Positions 49,984 through 59,968 of a stretch of DNA of 64,000 bases are shown here, one piece after another. This DNA comes from an uncultured candidate division Zixibacteria bacterium (GTDB lineage Bacteria > Zixibacteria > MSB-5A5 > GN15 > FEB-12), in contig CAVTJJ010000004.1 of assembly GCA_963735035.1 (NCBI GenBank), positions 1-64,000 of the forward strand. The letters run 5' to 3'. Position numbers and translations under genes: made by a program. Numbering within the stretch: the first letter of the stretch is position 1; each line of letters opens with the position of its first letter. A model generated the notes under the pieces. The model was given only the letters and a program-made list of their open reading frames with translations, was not told the origin of the DNA and made no database searches.

Positions 49984-50975
49984 CCCAGACTGAGCTCGAA
50001 ATACTGACTGACCTGGCTATCGCCGTGCTACGCAAGCGGCCGGGGCAGTATCTCACTCGCGAAAAGCTAGCGGCACGACTCAAAACCAATCTGACCACAC
50101 TCGATCGGGTTTTCAAACAAGCAGCGCTCTGGGAATACAAGCTCCGCTCTCACACGTCCAAAGGTGTCAAGTTTGTCGCGGCCCCCGATCTGTTGACCGC
50201 CGCCGAAATTCGACACGGCCTGAAAGCCCGCTGCCTCGGACAAACAATCCACGCCTACCGAAGTGTCAAATCAACCAACGACCTGGCGGCCAAGCTCGCC
50301 GATGAAGGCGCAGCCGAGGGAGCGATAGTCACGTCCGAAAAGCAAACCCGCGGACGTGGTAGGCTCGGACGCCATTGGTTCTCCCCGCCCAAAACGGGCA
50401 TCTACCTTTCGATCATTCTCCGCCCTGAGTTTCCGCCCGAGGACGCCCCCGGCCTCTCGGTAATGACCGCCCTGGCGCTCGCCGACACGATCGCCCACTG
50501 GTGCCCCGGTTTGGTGCAGATCAAATGGCCTAACGATATCTGGATCAACGGCCGCAAGACCGCCGGAATCTTGACCGAACTCTCGGCTGAACGGGAGAAG
50601 ATCAATCATGTGATCGTCGGGGTCGGCATTAATGTCAATCACACCGCGAGCGATTTCCCGGACGATCTTCGCACCGCTGCGACTTCGCTCCGTCGCGAAT
50701 TGCGCCGCAAAGTGAACCGCCTGGAGCTGTTGCGTCTCTTCCTGCTCAATTTCGAGCGCGAGTACGAGAAGTACCGAAGATACCGGCTAAAGAAATCGCT
50801 CTCGAAAGTACGCAAGTACTCCGCGCTGATCGGGCGGGAGATAACGCTTCAGTCGGGCCAGGTTCGAATGACGGGTTTCGTGAAAGACATCGATTCTTCT
50901 GGCGCTCTGATTCTTCAGACCGTCACCGGCCCCGAAACGATCACCGCCGGCGAAGTGACAGTAGTGAAACAATAA
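49980..50975 (+). CDS. birA: Biotin-[acetyl-CoA carboxylase] ligase with N-terminal HTH
   Basis: STND, QT.GRGRLGR.W.SP, KWPND, K.AGIL.E, GVGINV motifs. Confidence 0.96.
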   Translation: MTQTELEILTDLAIAVLRKRPGQYLTREKLAARLKTNLTTLDRVFKQAALWEYKLRSHTSKGVKFVAAPDLLTAAEIRHGLKARCLGQTIHAYRSVKSTNDLAAKLADEGAAEGAIVTSEKQTRGRGRLGRHWFSPPKTGIYLSIILRPEFPPEDAPGLSVMTALALADTIAHWCPGLVQIKWPNDIWINGRKTAGILTELSAEREKINHVIVGVGINVNHTASDFPDDLRTAATSLRRELRRKVNRLELLRLFLLNFEREYEKYRRYRLKKSLSKVRKYSALIGREITLQSGQVRMTGFVKDIDSSGALILQTVTGPETITAGEVTVVKQ

Positions 50976-51022
50976 CCACCGGCATATTGCCCTCGCGCCC
51001 GCTTTTCCGTACCCTTCCCCTC

Positions 51023-51392
51023 ATGTACAACGACACCGTCATGGACCATTTCCAGAACCCGCGCCACACCGGCGAAATGCCGGACGCAGACGGGGTCGGC
51101 GAGGTCGGCAATCCCGCCTGCGGTGATGTCATGCGGTTGTACATCAAAGTGCGCGACAACCGGCTGGCCGATATCCGCTGTCAGGTGTTCGGCTGCGCGG
51201 CCGCGATCGCTTCTGCTTCGGCCGCCTCCGAGATGGTCATAGGCAAGTCGCTGGACGAGGCGGCTCGAACTCACCCGCGACCAGGTGGCAACTTATCTGA
51301 ACGGTCTCCCCGAACGCAAGATGGCCTGCTCCAATCTCGCCCCGGACGCCATCCGCGCCGCGATTGAAAACTACCGCGCCAAACAGGTGTGA
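51023..51392 (+). CDS. iscU: Fe-S scaffold IscU/NifU-N (one-base frameshift near 51265)
   Basis: MDHFQNPR, GNPACGD, FGCAAAIAS; LPERKMACS continues in another frame. Confidence 0.88.
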
Positions 51393-51395
51393 CCC

Positions 51396-52250
51396 ATGCC
51401 CGAACTGCCGGAAGTTGAAACCGTCGTCCGCGGCCTCAGACCGCTTCTGCTCGGGCGCATCTTCGCGCGGGCGCGGTCGTATGCGCCCCCCAGCTCGGTC
51501 GTCGTGAGCAGAACGTTAGGCAAACAGAAGCTGGAGCGGATTCTCCCCGGCCACACAGTCGAGAGCATCAACCGCCGGGGGAAGAATATCCTCATATCCC
51601 TCTCCGGTGACCTGACGCTTTGGATCCATCTGAAAATGACCGGAAAGCTGCTCACGAAACCGGCGGATGAACCACGCGATAAGCATGACTTGCTGCTGTT
51701 CGATTTCGAACCTGATGCCACCCACTCCCACACCGATCATATCCGTTTCAACGACTACCGTCGTTTCGGCCGCGTGCGTTTGTACCGTAACGACGAACTC
51801 TGGCAGCAAAAGGGTCTGATTGAATTGGGCCCGGAGCCGCTGGAAATTACCGCCTCGGATTTCGTTTCGCTCTGTCAGTCACGCTCACGCATGATCAAAC
51901 CGGCTTTGCTCGATCAGAGTTTTCTCGCCGGCGTGGGCAACATCTACGCCGACGAATCGCTACATCTCAGTCGCATTCATCCCGCCCGTCTGACTTCGTC
52001 AATTCGCGAACCCAAGCTCACCAACCTGCACAAGAACCTGCAGGCAATACTTCGTCGCTCGATCAAGCTTATGGGCACAACTGTCATCAGTTACGCCGGG
52101 GTGGACGGTTCCAGCGGATCGTTTCAGAAAATGCTTACTGTCTATGGACGCGAGGGTGAACCGTGCGGTTTCTGCGGTGCGAAAATTGTCCGCCGTAAGC
52201 TGGGATCCCGCTCCGCTCATTTCTGCCCCCACTGCCAGCGTGAGCGGTAA
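51396..52250 (+). CDS. mutM: Formamidopyrimidine-DNA glycosylase
   Basis: MPELPEVET, HLKMTG, LLDQ..AGVGNIYADE, C-terminal CxxC..CxxC. Confidence 0.97.
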   Translation: MPELPEVETVVRGLRPLLLGRIFARARSYAPPSSVVVSRTLGKQKLERILPGHTVESINRRGKNILISLSGDLTLWIHLKMTGKLLTKPADEPRDKHDLLLFDFEPDATHSHTDHIRFNDYRRFGRVRLYRNDELWQQKGLIELGPEPLEITASDFVSLCQSRSRMIKPALLDQSFLAGVGNIYADESLHLSRIHPARLTSSIREPKLTNLHKNLQAILRRSIKLMGTTVISYAGVDGSSGSFQKMLTVYGREGEPCGFCGAKIVRRKLGSRSAHFCPHCQRER

Positions 52251-52271
52251 ACGATTTTGATGTGATTCTTC

Positions 52272-52984
52272 GTAGGGCGGGTCCGCTTCGAACCCGCCAC
52301 TACCGGTGCCCCAGCGCTTGCGCTGGGATCTTCGTAGGTCGGGATGCTTGTCATCCCGACATCGTACGACGGCCGCTAGGCCGTCATACCTGCGGAGGCA
52401 GGTACCCAGTCAGGCTCGCTGTACAGAACTGCAGCATAGTCTTTGTGTCGATTGATAGAAGGCTCTTTCATACAATCCACTATTTTGACCTGCCATCTTG
52501 ACTGGGTTCCCGCCTTCGCGGGAATGACGGAACCTTCGGTTCCGTTTCTTACTACATCGTCCCCCCATTGCGTGGGGTAACTGAACATATCGGCATATTG
52601 ACGTACCCGATCCGCCGGTTTGTAATGTGGGCGGCAAAGCCTGCCCCCGACTTGATCGGGGGGCCTCGTCTGCCCCTTCTTCGTGGTGGATTGTAAGTAG
52701 GTCAGGCGGACTTGACGCCTGACATTCCGCGTCCAATTAAGAAACGGGACGCCCGTCCCGTCATCCTGGCGGAAGCCAAGACCCAGTTGTGAATGCTATA
52801 TCAATGGGGTCTTGCCTGACATTCCCTTCGCTATGAATGTTTGAACATTGGCATTTGTGCCCGTTCCAACAGAACTGGGCCCCGGTTTACACCGGGGTGA
52901 CAGAGCTTGCCATGCTTCGACAGGCTCAGCATGACTTTGCGGTGGCAGAACCACCCGCCCGTGGGGCGGGGGTTCTGCCCTACG
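52272..52984. repeat. Large (~700 bp) mosaic REP cluster between convergent genes
   Basis: About ten palindromes including CTGGGTTCCCGCCTTCGCGGGAATGAC, GTAG-, GTGC- and GTGG-footed hairpins, and the intact 165-bp composite. Confidence 0.88.
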
Positions 52985-53005
52985 AAAGAATACAGCCATC
53001 AGTGA

Positions 53006-54046
53006 TTACAACCGCTGGCCGGTCTCGGAATCGAAATAGAGAAGGCTTTCAGGATTGACTGCGAAGCGCGCGGTAGCTCCCGGTTCGGGCGGCTGAACCG
53101 GCCCGTGTGTCGACAGTATTTGCTGACCCCGGAAATCGAGCGTAACTACGTAGTGATCGCCGAGGTACTCGGTACCAACTACGCTAGCTTCGAACGGCCC
53201 CTGCTCTGACAGTTCAACCGCCTCAGCACGAATACCAATATCAACCGAGTGTCGATCTTCTATTGAAGCAGGCGATGGCGTCCCGAACGGTTCAACTCTG
53301 CCGTTATCGACCACACCCGGGATCATGTTGATCTTCGGCGTACCGATGAACTCGGCCACGAACCGACTCGCCGGCGCGCGATAGAGTTCTTCTGGGGTGT
53401 CCAACTGCATCAGGCGACCCTTGTGTAAGAGCGCGATCCGATCAGCCATGGTGAGGGCCTCGGTTTGATCGTGAGTGACATGAATCATCGGGCGGCCGAG
53501 CCGCCGCTGCAACGCCACAATCTCCTGCCGCATGCGCACGCGAAGTTCGGCGTCGAGGTTGGATAATGGCTCGTCGAGCAGAAACAAAGCGGGTTCGCGG
53601 ATAATGGCCCGCCCGAGCGCCACCCTCTGACGTTGCCCACCCGAAAGCTGTGCGGGTCGGCTTTTCAAGCGCTCACCCAGGTCAAGCATCTGCGCTACTT
53701 GGGCCACGCGGCTGGCAATTTCTGTCTTATTAACCTTGGCCACTTTCAGAGGGAAGGCCAGATTCTCAGCGACGGTCATATGTGGATACAACGAGTAATT
53801 CTGAAAGACCAGCGCCACGTTTCGTTCGCGCGGACGAAGCTGCTCTACCTGTCGTCCCCCTATGTGAATCTCCCCTTGGTCTGCTTCCTCGAGCCCGGCG
53901 ATCAGGCGAAGCACGGTCGACTTGCCGCATCCGGACGGCCCCAGCAACACGAGCAACTCCCGTTCGCCCAGGTCGAACGAGATATTGTCCAGCACCTGAA
54001 GGTCGCCAAACCGTTTGCTGAGGTTCTTGATTGTCAGTCCGGCCAA
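53006..54046 (-). CDS. ABC transporter ATP-binding protein (MalK/UgpC-like)
   Basis: GPSGCGKST, LSGGQRQR, LLDEPLSNLD, HVTHDQ, C-terminal TOBE. Confidence 0.95.
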   Translation of the reverse strand: MAGLTIKNLSKRFGDLQVLDNISFDLGERELLVLLGPSGCGKSTVLRLIAGLEEADQGEIHIGGRQVEQLRPRERNVALVFQNYSLYPHMTVAENLAFPLKVAKVNKTEIASRVAQVAQMLDLGERLKSRPAQLSGGQRQRVALGRAIIREPALFLLDEPLSNLDAELRVRMRQEIVALQRRLGRPMIHVTHDQTEALTMADRIALLHKGRLMQLDTPEELYRAPASRFVAEFIGTPKINMIPGVVDNGRVEPFGTPSPASIEDRHSVDIGIRAEAVELSEQGPFEASVVGTEYLGDHYVVTLDFRGQQILSTHGPVQPPEPGATARFAVNPESLLYFDSETGQRL

Positions 54047-54048
54047 GA

Positions 54049-55134
54049 TTACTCCTCTGCTACGCCACCGCCGCTGACCCGAAATCGTCGCGCCTCGGCC
54101 ATCAGCATGTCCGGCGGTTCGACTGCGGTCGTAAGAAATAGCTGACCGACATCGCCGAAACTTTCCACCAGACGCGCCGTGCGATCCGGGTCGAGCTCAG
54201 CGAAAATTTCATCGAGCAACAACAACGGGGGTTCGCCGTGCTTTGCTCTCAGTATTTCGTAAACGGCCAGTTTCAATGCCACCGCCGCCGCCCGCCATTG
54301 TCCCTGCGATCCGTGCGTGCGTGCCGGAAAATCGCAGATCGTGAAATTGATCTCGTCCCGGTGGGGACCGACCAGACATATCTGGGCGGCTCGTTCCCGG
54401 TCGGCATTTTTCGCCAGCGCCGCCTCAAACACAGCCACGACGGCGCGCTCATCGCTTTCAGCCACATTGAAAGTCACCCGCGGCGCATACTCAACCAGAA
54501 GTTTCTCGCCACCGCTGATGCGTTCATACGCCCGCCCGGCGCGTACGGCCAGTTCCCTCAGAAAGACAGCCCGTCGAAGCATGATCTTGGTTCCCAGGCT
54601 GACCAGCAGCGGGTCAAATGGCGATGGATCCATTTCCTTCTTTAGCGCCGCATTCTTCTGAGCCAAGGCTTTTTGATAATCGGTCAGGTCGGCCAGATAG
54701 GTAGCGGTCAGTTGAGAAAGATACAGGTCGAGGAAGAGGCGTCGGGTCGATGGCGGTCCTGATAGTATCTCGCTGTCTTCCGGTCCGGCCGCGACCAGAT
54801 TGTGCAACTCAAACAGTTCCGATGCCCGCGCAGGCGCCGAATCAATGGTTATTCGTTTTCGTCCCCCGCGCTGGTAGGCCACCGCCACGGTGCGACGTCC
54901 GGCCGGAGTGTCCAGCGTGCCCTCCAACCGATAGTGCTCAGCCGTCTCGCGCACCAGCACTGCATCGAGCGCCCCGCGCTGAGAGCGTCCCAGGCAAACT
55001 GTGAAGATCGCCTCAAGCAGGTTGGTCTTCCCGGAGCCGTTGGCGCCGTAGAATACATTGACCCGTGGCCCGAAGGCTACGCGCCCCTCTATCAGGTTGC
55101 GAAAATTCGTAATGGCCAGGGAGACTATCGGCAT
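54049..55134 (-). CDS. recF: DNA replication/repair protein RecF
   Basis: NFRN, GANGSGKTNLLEAI, GPHRD, GSQGQ, LLLDEI; alternative start at 55176. Confidence 0.96.
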   Translation of the reverse strand: MPIVSLAITNFRNLIEGRVAFGPRVNVFYGANGSGKTNLLEAIFTVCLGRSQRGALDAVLVRETAEHYRLEGTLDTPAGRRTVAVAYQRGGRKRITIDSAPARASELFELHNLVAAGPEDSEILSGPPSTRRLFLDLYLSQLTATYLADLTDYQKALAQKNAALKKEMDPSPFDPLLVSLGTKIMLRRAVFLRELAVRAGRAYERISGGEKLLVEYAPRVTFNVAESDERAVVAVFEAALAKNADRERAAQICLVGPHRDEINFTICDFPARTHGSQGQWRAAAVALKLAVYEILRAKHGEPPLLLLDEIFAELDPDRTARLVESFGDVGQLFLTTAVEPPDMLMAEARRFRVSGGGVAEE

Positions 55135-55198
55135 ATTACTGGATAAGCAAAAATGGCAGATGCTATCATCTGCCATTCATACGCTGATTCTTACAATC

Positions 55199-56311
55199 TT
55201 ACTCCGCGAGTCTGAGCGGCATCACCAGGCAGAGAAAATCATCTTTGGATATTTCCGGGCTGTACATCAACCCGGCCGAGACCGGACTGGAAAATTCGAA
55301 AGTCACCTCGTCACCCGGCATCCGTGACAAAATATCGGTGATGTAGGTCGCGTTGTAGCCGATCTCCACCGGCTCGCCCTGGTAGTCACAGTCGATCACT
55401 TCCATACCTTCGCCGCCAAGGTCGGCATTGCTCGTAGAAAGGGTCAGGGAGCCTTTCTTGACACCGAATTTTACCTGGTGTGTCAATGTATTCGAAAGTA
55501 TCGAAACGCGCCGTACCGCGCCGCCAAGGTCTTCCTTGGACACACGCAAGGTCTTGTCGCTATTCTGCGGGATTACTTGCTCGAAATTGGGATACGGGCC
55601 ATCGATCAGACGCGATGTCAGCACATACTCGCCGAGATTGAAAATGATATTATTATCCCCAAAGATAATGCCAACCTCGCGGTTCTGACCCTCGGTGAAT
55701 TTGGGGATTAGATTCAGCACTTTAGGCGGGATAATAATATCCTCGCTCATACCCTTCAACTTCTTGTTCTCAACCGCGACCTTAGCCAGTCGGTGACCAT
55801 CGGTGGCAACCATCTGCATTTTGTCGCCTTTGGTCTGCCAGAGCACACCATTCAAGGCTGGTCGAGTCTCGTCGTTGGAGCAGGCAAAAGTAGTTTTGCG
55901 TACCATTGACGCCAGGCTGCTGGCTTCGATCTTGATTTCCTTCTTCGTATTAACAGCTGGTAACTTGGGGAAATCATCGGGTGATACAGAAGCGATCTTA
56001 TAGGAGCCTTTAGCAATTCGGACTTCCACCCGAGAATTGACCGACTCGATGGTTATATCCGTCTCGGGGAGTTCACGCACGATATCAAAGAGGATTCTCG
56101 CCGGAAGAGCCGCCGAACCTTTCTTTGTGACCTCACACTCCACACCGCCGGTGATGGAAATATCCAAATCGGTGGCGGATATTTTTAGTTTACCCTCGAG
56201 AGCTTCCACGAGCACGTTGGTCAGAATCGGCAGGGTTGATTTACTGGGCACCACCTGCAACACGGATTGCAGACAGGCCGCTAATTTGGATTTTGGAAGC
56301 GTGAACTTCAT
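55199..56311 (-). CDS. dnaN: DNA polymerase III beta clamp
   Basis: ATDLD, ATDGHRL, SRLIDGPYPN, LVMPLR motifs. Confidence 0.98.
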   Translation of the reverse strand: MKFTLPKSKLAACLQSVLQVVPSKSTLPILTNVLVEALEGKLKISATDLDISITGGVECEVTKKGSAALPARILFDIVRELPETDITIESVNSRVEVRIAKGSYKIASVSPDDFPKLPAVNTKKEIKIEASSLASMVRKTTFACSNDETRPALNGVLWQTKGDKMQMVATDGHRLAKVAVENKKLKGMSEDIIIPPKVLNLIPKFTEGQNREVGIIFGDNNIIFNLGEYVLTSRLIDGPYPNFEQVIPQNSDKTLRVSKEDLGGAVRRVSILSNTLTHQVKFGVKKGSLTLSTSNADLGGEGMEVIDCDYQGEPVEIGYNATYITDILSRMPGDEVTFEFSSPVSAGLMYSPEISKDDFLCLVMPLRLAE

Positions 56312-56609
56312 AAGTCGCGAATCTCCATCAAAGCGATTATCAACAGACCTCTACAATAACTAGCCTATATATATATATCAAGTAGTAGTAGTAGGTGTTG
56401 TTGATATGTTGGTAAAGCCGTATATGCCGGTCATTCCCGGAGGGAAGCCTATGAACAAGACGGTATTGTGCGATACGTACGACTGGAATGCTGTCAACAA
56501 CGGTTGTGGGCCACTATCACATCTATACACAGACGCTCCCCAGTGAGAGCCTAAATGGCCAACAATCGCAGTTTCACACAAGCTATACATAGTAGTTGTC
56601 AACAAGCTA
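56312..56609. other. oriC unwinding region (DnaA boxes, DnaA-trios, AT tract)
   Basis: (TA)n at 56366-56378, (TAG)4 at 56383-56394, adjacent tandem DnaA-box-like TGTTGATA/TGTTGGTAA; TTATCAACA 56337, CTGTCAACA 56491, TTGTCAACA 56596. Confidence 0.88.
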
Positions 56610-57968
56610 TCAATATAGGAGCGCCGCCGATATCCTGTCAATTCTTTCCCGGAAACCGGCATCACGGGCCATACGCGAAGCTACTTTGTCGCAGGCGTGA
56701 ATCACGGTCGTATGGTCACGCCCACCAAAACGATCACCTATCGCCTTCAGGGAGCTATCCGTCAAAGTCCGGGCCAGGTACATCGCGACCTGCCGCGCCA
56801 GCGCAATATCAGCCGTCTTCTTCTTGGCGACCATCATCTGAGGGTCGACACTGAAATACTCGGCACTTTTAGTCTGGATTGCGTCGATCGTAATATGCTT
56901 GTGTGTCCCGGCCGCGGAGTCGGTAAGCAGGCGCCTCGCGAGATCAAGACATACCGGTTCTCGCTTCAATGAAGCGTAGGCCAACAGACGGTTGAGCGCA
57001 CCCTCGAGTTCGCGGACATTGGTAGTAATCCGGTCGGCGATAAAAGTAACCACCGTGTCCTCGAGTTGGACACCCTCAGATTCAAGTTTTTTGTAGAGGA
57101 TCGCGGTCCGGTTCTCCAGGTCAGGCGCCTGAAGATCGGTTACCAGACCCCACGAGAAACGAGACAAGAGGCGTTCTTCCAATCCTTTGATGTCTTTTGG
57201 TGACCGATCAGAGGTCAGCACAATCTGTTTGCCGCTCTGGTGAAGGGCATTGAAAGTATGGAAGAACTGCTCCTGGGTACCTTCCTTGCCGGCAAAGAAC
57301 TGGATGTCGTCAATCAGGAGCACGTCAACATCGCGGTAGTACCGGGTAAAATCCGCAATAGAACGATCAGAAATGGCGGCAATAAAATCCGACGTGAACT
57401 TCTCCGAGGTCGCGTACATGACCCGCTTGGACGGGTAGGTTTCGAGGATCTGGTGACCGATCGACTGAACAATATGTGTCTTCCCCAGCCCCGTACCGCC
57501 GTAGATGTACAGCGGGTTGTACTTGGTCATCCCAGGGCCTTCGGCCACCGCCTGGGAGGCCGCACAGGCAAACTGATTGAAATCACCCACCACCAGCGAA
57601 TCGAAACGGTAGCGCCCGTTCATATTGTGATTGGTGTTGGGCTTGGCGGGCCAGCCAACCGGCGCCGGCGTGGCAGCATCCAGAGGCAACCTGGCCTGCT
57701 CTTCCTCTTCGGGAAGAGAGCTGATCACATAGATAATTTTCTGCTGGCGTCCGAGTACTTCCTGAAAGGCCTCAGCTACCAATTCACGGTAGTGCTCGTC
57801 AATCCAGTCCGCGACGAACTGATTGGGAACGAGAATTTTGAATTCGCCGTTCCCGGTCGGTTCGCCCCGTGTCGGTTTGAGCCAGGTATTGTAAGACTGT
57901 TGCTTGAGACGTTTGGAGATATAGTCCAAACAGTCTCTCCATTGCTGAGAGTTGTTCGCATTTGACAT
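56610..57968 (-). CDS. dnaA: Chromosomal replication initiator DnaA
   Basis: YNPLYIYGGTGLGKTH, LLIDDIQF, QEQFFHTFN, NVRELEG, GGRDHTTVIHA motifs. Confidence 0.99.
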   Translation of the reverse strand: MSNANNSQQWRDCLDYISKRLKQQSYNTWLKPTRGEPTGNGEFKILVPNQFVADWIDEHYRELVAEAFQEVLGRQQKIIYVISSLPEEEEQARLPLDAATPAPVGWPAKPNTNHNMNGRYRFDSLVVGDFNQFACAASQAVAEGPGMTKYNPLYIYGGTGLGKTHIVQSIGHQILETYPSKRVMYATSEKFTSDFIAAISDRSIADFTRYYRDVDVLLIDDIQFFAGKEGTQEQFFHTFNALHQSGKQIVLTSDRSPKDIKGLEERLLSRFSWGLVTDLQAPDLENRTAILYKKLESEGVQLEDTVVTFIADRITTNVRELEGALNRLLAYASLKREPVCLDLARRLLTDSAAGTHKHITIDAIQTKSAEYFSVDPQMMVAKKKTADIALARQVAMYLARTLTDSSLKAIGDRFGGRDHTTVIHACDKVASRMARDAGFRERIDRISAALLY

Positions 57969-57998
57969 TCAGTCGGCATCCCCACGATCTGAAAATAA

Positions 57999-58362
57999 CT
58001 ATCCACATCCACACAATGGTCTAAATTGTTTAGCGATCACCGCCTGCAAAGGCCGCGTCGCCCCTAATCCACATCTTGTTCACAGTGTTTTGCACATCCC
58101 GTGAAAGGGAACGAATCCAAGCGTTGGAAACCGATCCACTGACAAAACGACACTCAAACCACATCTCAAAGTCTCAACATCAGGGGAGTGAACAAGTCGC
58201 GTACGATTGATAATCTTCGCGCGTCGAAGCGTCAACCGATCACGTGAAAAAAAAGTGGAAAATCCGAAGCGGTTGTTTGACCGTCTGTTAGAGCGGTGAT
58301 TTTGTGGACAACCCTGAGACGCTTCTCAGTATCGTTGTGCATATATATTCGAGTTATCCACA
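57999..58362. promoter_or_regulatory. DnaA-box cluster upstream of dnaA (second half of a bipartite oriC)
   Basis: TTATCCACA 58354, TGTGGACAA 58303, CTATCCACA 57999, TAATCCACA 58065, TTGTTCACA 58076. Confidence 0.85.
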
Positions 58363-58382
58363 GCGATAATGATGGCAAGGGC

Positions 58383-59447
58383 TTATCGTGACCCTGTCGC
58401 CTCTACGCGCCGGGCGATCTCTGCGAACACGGCCATTTCTTTTTCGGTTCCTTCACAGGATACCGGATGTCCCGAATCAGCACCTTCGCGGATCGACGTT
58501 AGCAGCGGAATCTCTCCGAGCAATTCCACACCGAGCGTCTTCGCCAGATTCTTGCCGCCATCTTTGCCGAAAATATAGTCGCGATGGCCGTCGGTTTCAT
58601 AGTAGGCCATGTTTTCGATCACGCCTATCACTTTCAGATTGGTGCGCTCGGCTAATTTGGCCACTCGTCCGGCCACGTGAGTCGCGGTAGCCTGTGGCGT
58701 AGTTACCACAATAAGCTCGGCCGAGGGAATCGACTGTGCGATAGTGAGAGTAACATCCCCGGTTCCGGGAGGAAGATCGAGGAAAAGATAGTCAAGTTCG
58801 TCCCAGATGACATCGTTAATGAATTGATTGACAGCCTTATGCAAAAGCGGTCCGCGCCAAATCACCGGTTCGTCCTCACCGATGAAGAATCCCATCGAGA
58901 CGACCTGAAGATTATCCCCACGCCGGAGCGGCACCATCTTGTCATCGATAACGGTTGGTTGACCGGATAGACCAAGCATGCGCGGGATTGAGAAGCCGTA
59001 GACATCGGCGTCGAGCAATCCGACTTTCTTGCCCATCTTCGCCAGCGCCGCCGCCAGATTGGCAGTGACTGTCGATTTGCCTACCCCGCCCTTGCCGGAA
59101 GACACAGCGATGAACCGCTTGGCGTACTTGACGATGGATGCGGTCTTGCCCGGCTTGGCGCTCCCCATGCCGAGCTTCTCGCGAAGACGCATGCGTTCCT
59201 CGTCGGTCATGACATCGAACTGGACATTGACCGCCTCGACCCCTGGGATGAGCATCACACCGTTGGTGACATCATCGGTGATCTTGGCTTTGAGCGGACA
59301 GCCGGGGACAGTGAGGGCGATACCGACATCGACCTTGCCGCCGTTGATCTTGACATAGCGGATCATATCGAGTTCGGTGAGGGGTTTTTTCAGCTCAGGG
59401 TCGTTTATGCCACTAAGCACATGTAGTACAGCTTGTTCAGTCAGCAT
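58383..59447 (-). CDS. mrp: Mrp/NBP35 (ApbC) ATPase with N-terminal DUF59 domain
   Basis: DPEL..LTVPGCP, SGKGGVGKST, DADVYG, WRGP, DLPPGTGD, ENM; C-terminal CxxC absent. Confidence 0.94.
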   Translation of the reverse strand: MLTEQAVLHVLSGINDPELKKPLTELDMIRYVKINGGKVDVGIALTVPGCPLKAKITDDVTNGVMLIPGVEAVNVQFDVMTDEERMRLREKLGMGSAKPGKTASIVKYAKRFIAVSSGKGGVGKSTVTANLAAALAKMGKKVGLLDADVYGFSIPRMLGLSGQPTVIDDKMVPLRRGDNLQVVSMGFFIGEDEPVIWRGPLLHKAVNQFINDVIWDELDYLFLDLPPGTGDVTLTIAQSIPSAELIVVTTPQATATHVAGRVAKLAERTNLKVIGVIENMAYYETDGHRDYIFGKDGGKNLAKTLGVELLGEIPLLTSIREGADSGHPVSCEGTEKEMAVFAEIARRVEATGSR

Positions 59448-59581
59448 ATCGGTCTCCGGCCGGTGTGGCCTGGGTAGTGTACCAGGCAGGTTATTCTGTC
59501 GGCGCGCCAATATAGACGCTAAAGGGGCAACGTGAAAGGGTGAAAATAGTTCCGGGGGGGGGGGCGACCGGATCGCCTCTT

Positions 59582-59900
59582 GTAGGGCGGGTCCGCCTTC
59601 GCCTGCTCCCCTAGGCGAGATCCCGCTAAAGGTAGCCAACAAGAGTGCCCGGCAGATGTCCACATCTGCCGACGAATCTTCGTCCTCCCTCTCTCTGTCT
59701 TGCCTCGGCTTGACCGGGGAACCCAAGGGTGTGCCCGCACCCTAGCCATTGATCGACAGGGTTCCACCCCTGTCGCGATTAGAACAGTTGACGGGAGCGC
59801 CATACGGGGTTACTATGGTGTGAAGCAACTTAATGCCGCCAGCCGCCTGGGTGGGACACTCCCAAGTGACCATTGCAGATAGGGTACGGGACCCCGCCGC
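59582..59900. repeat. REP cluster upstream of KAP NTPase
   Basis: GTAGGGCGGGTCCGC, GTGCCCGGCAGATGTCCACATCTGCCG, TGTCTTGCCTCGGCTTGACCGGGG, GATCGACAGGGTTCCACCCCTGTCG. Confidence 0.82.
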
Positions 59901-59968
59901 CACTCGTGAACCAGCTGGCACAGTAGCGACCGGTGTTCGAAGATAACGCCGGAGGGGATGCTCCTGAT

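Noticed and set aside
59448..59726. N-terminal extension of Mrp and G11 tract (59554-59564) as a phase-variation switch
   Set aside because: The extension is translated REP sequence; the real start is 59447 with a GGAG RBS. No evidence for tract variability.
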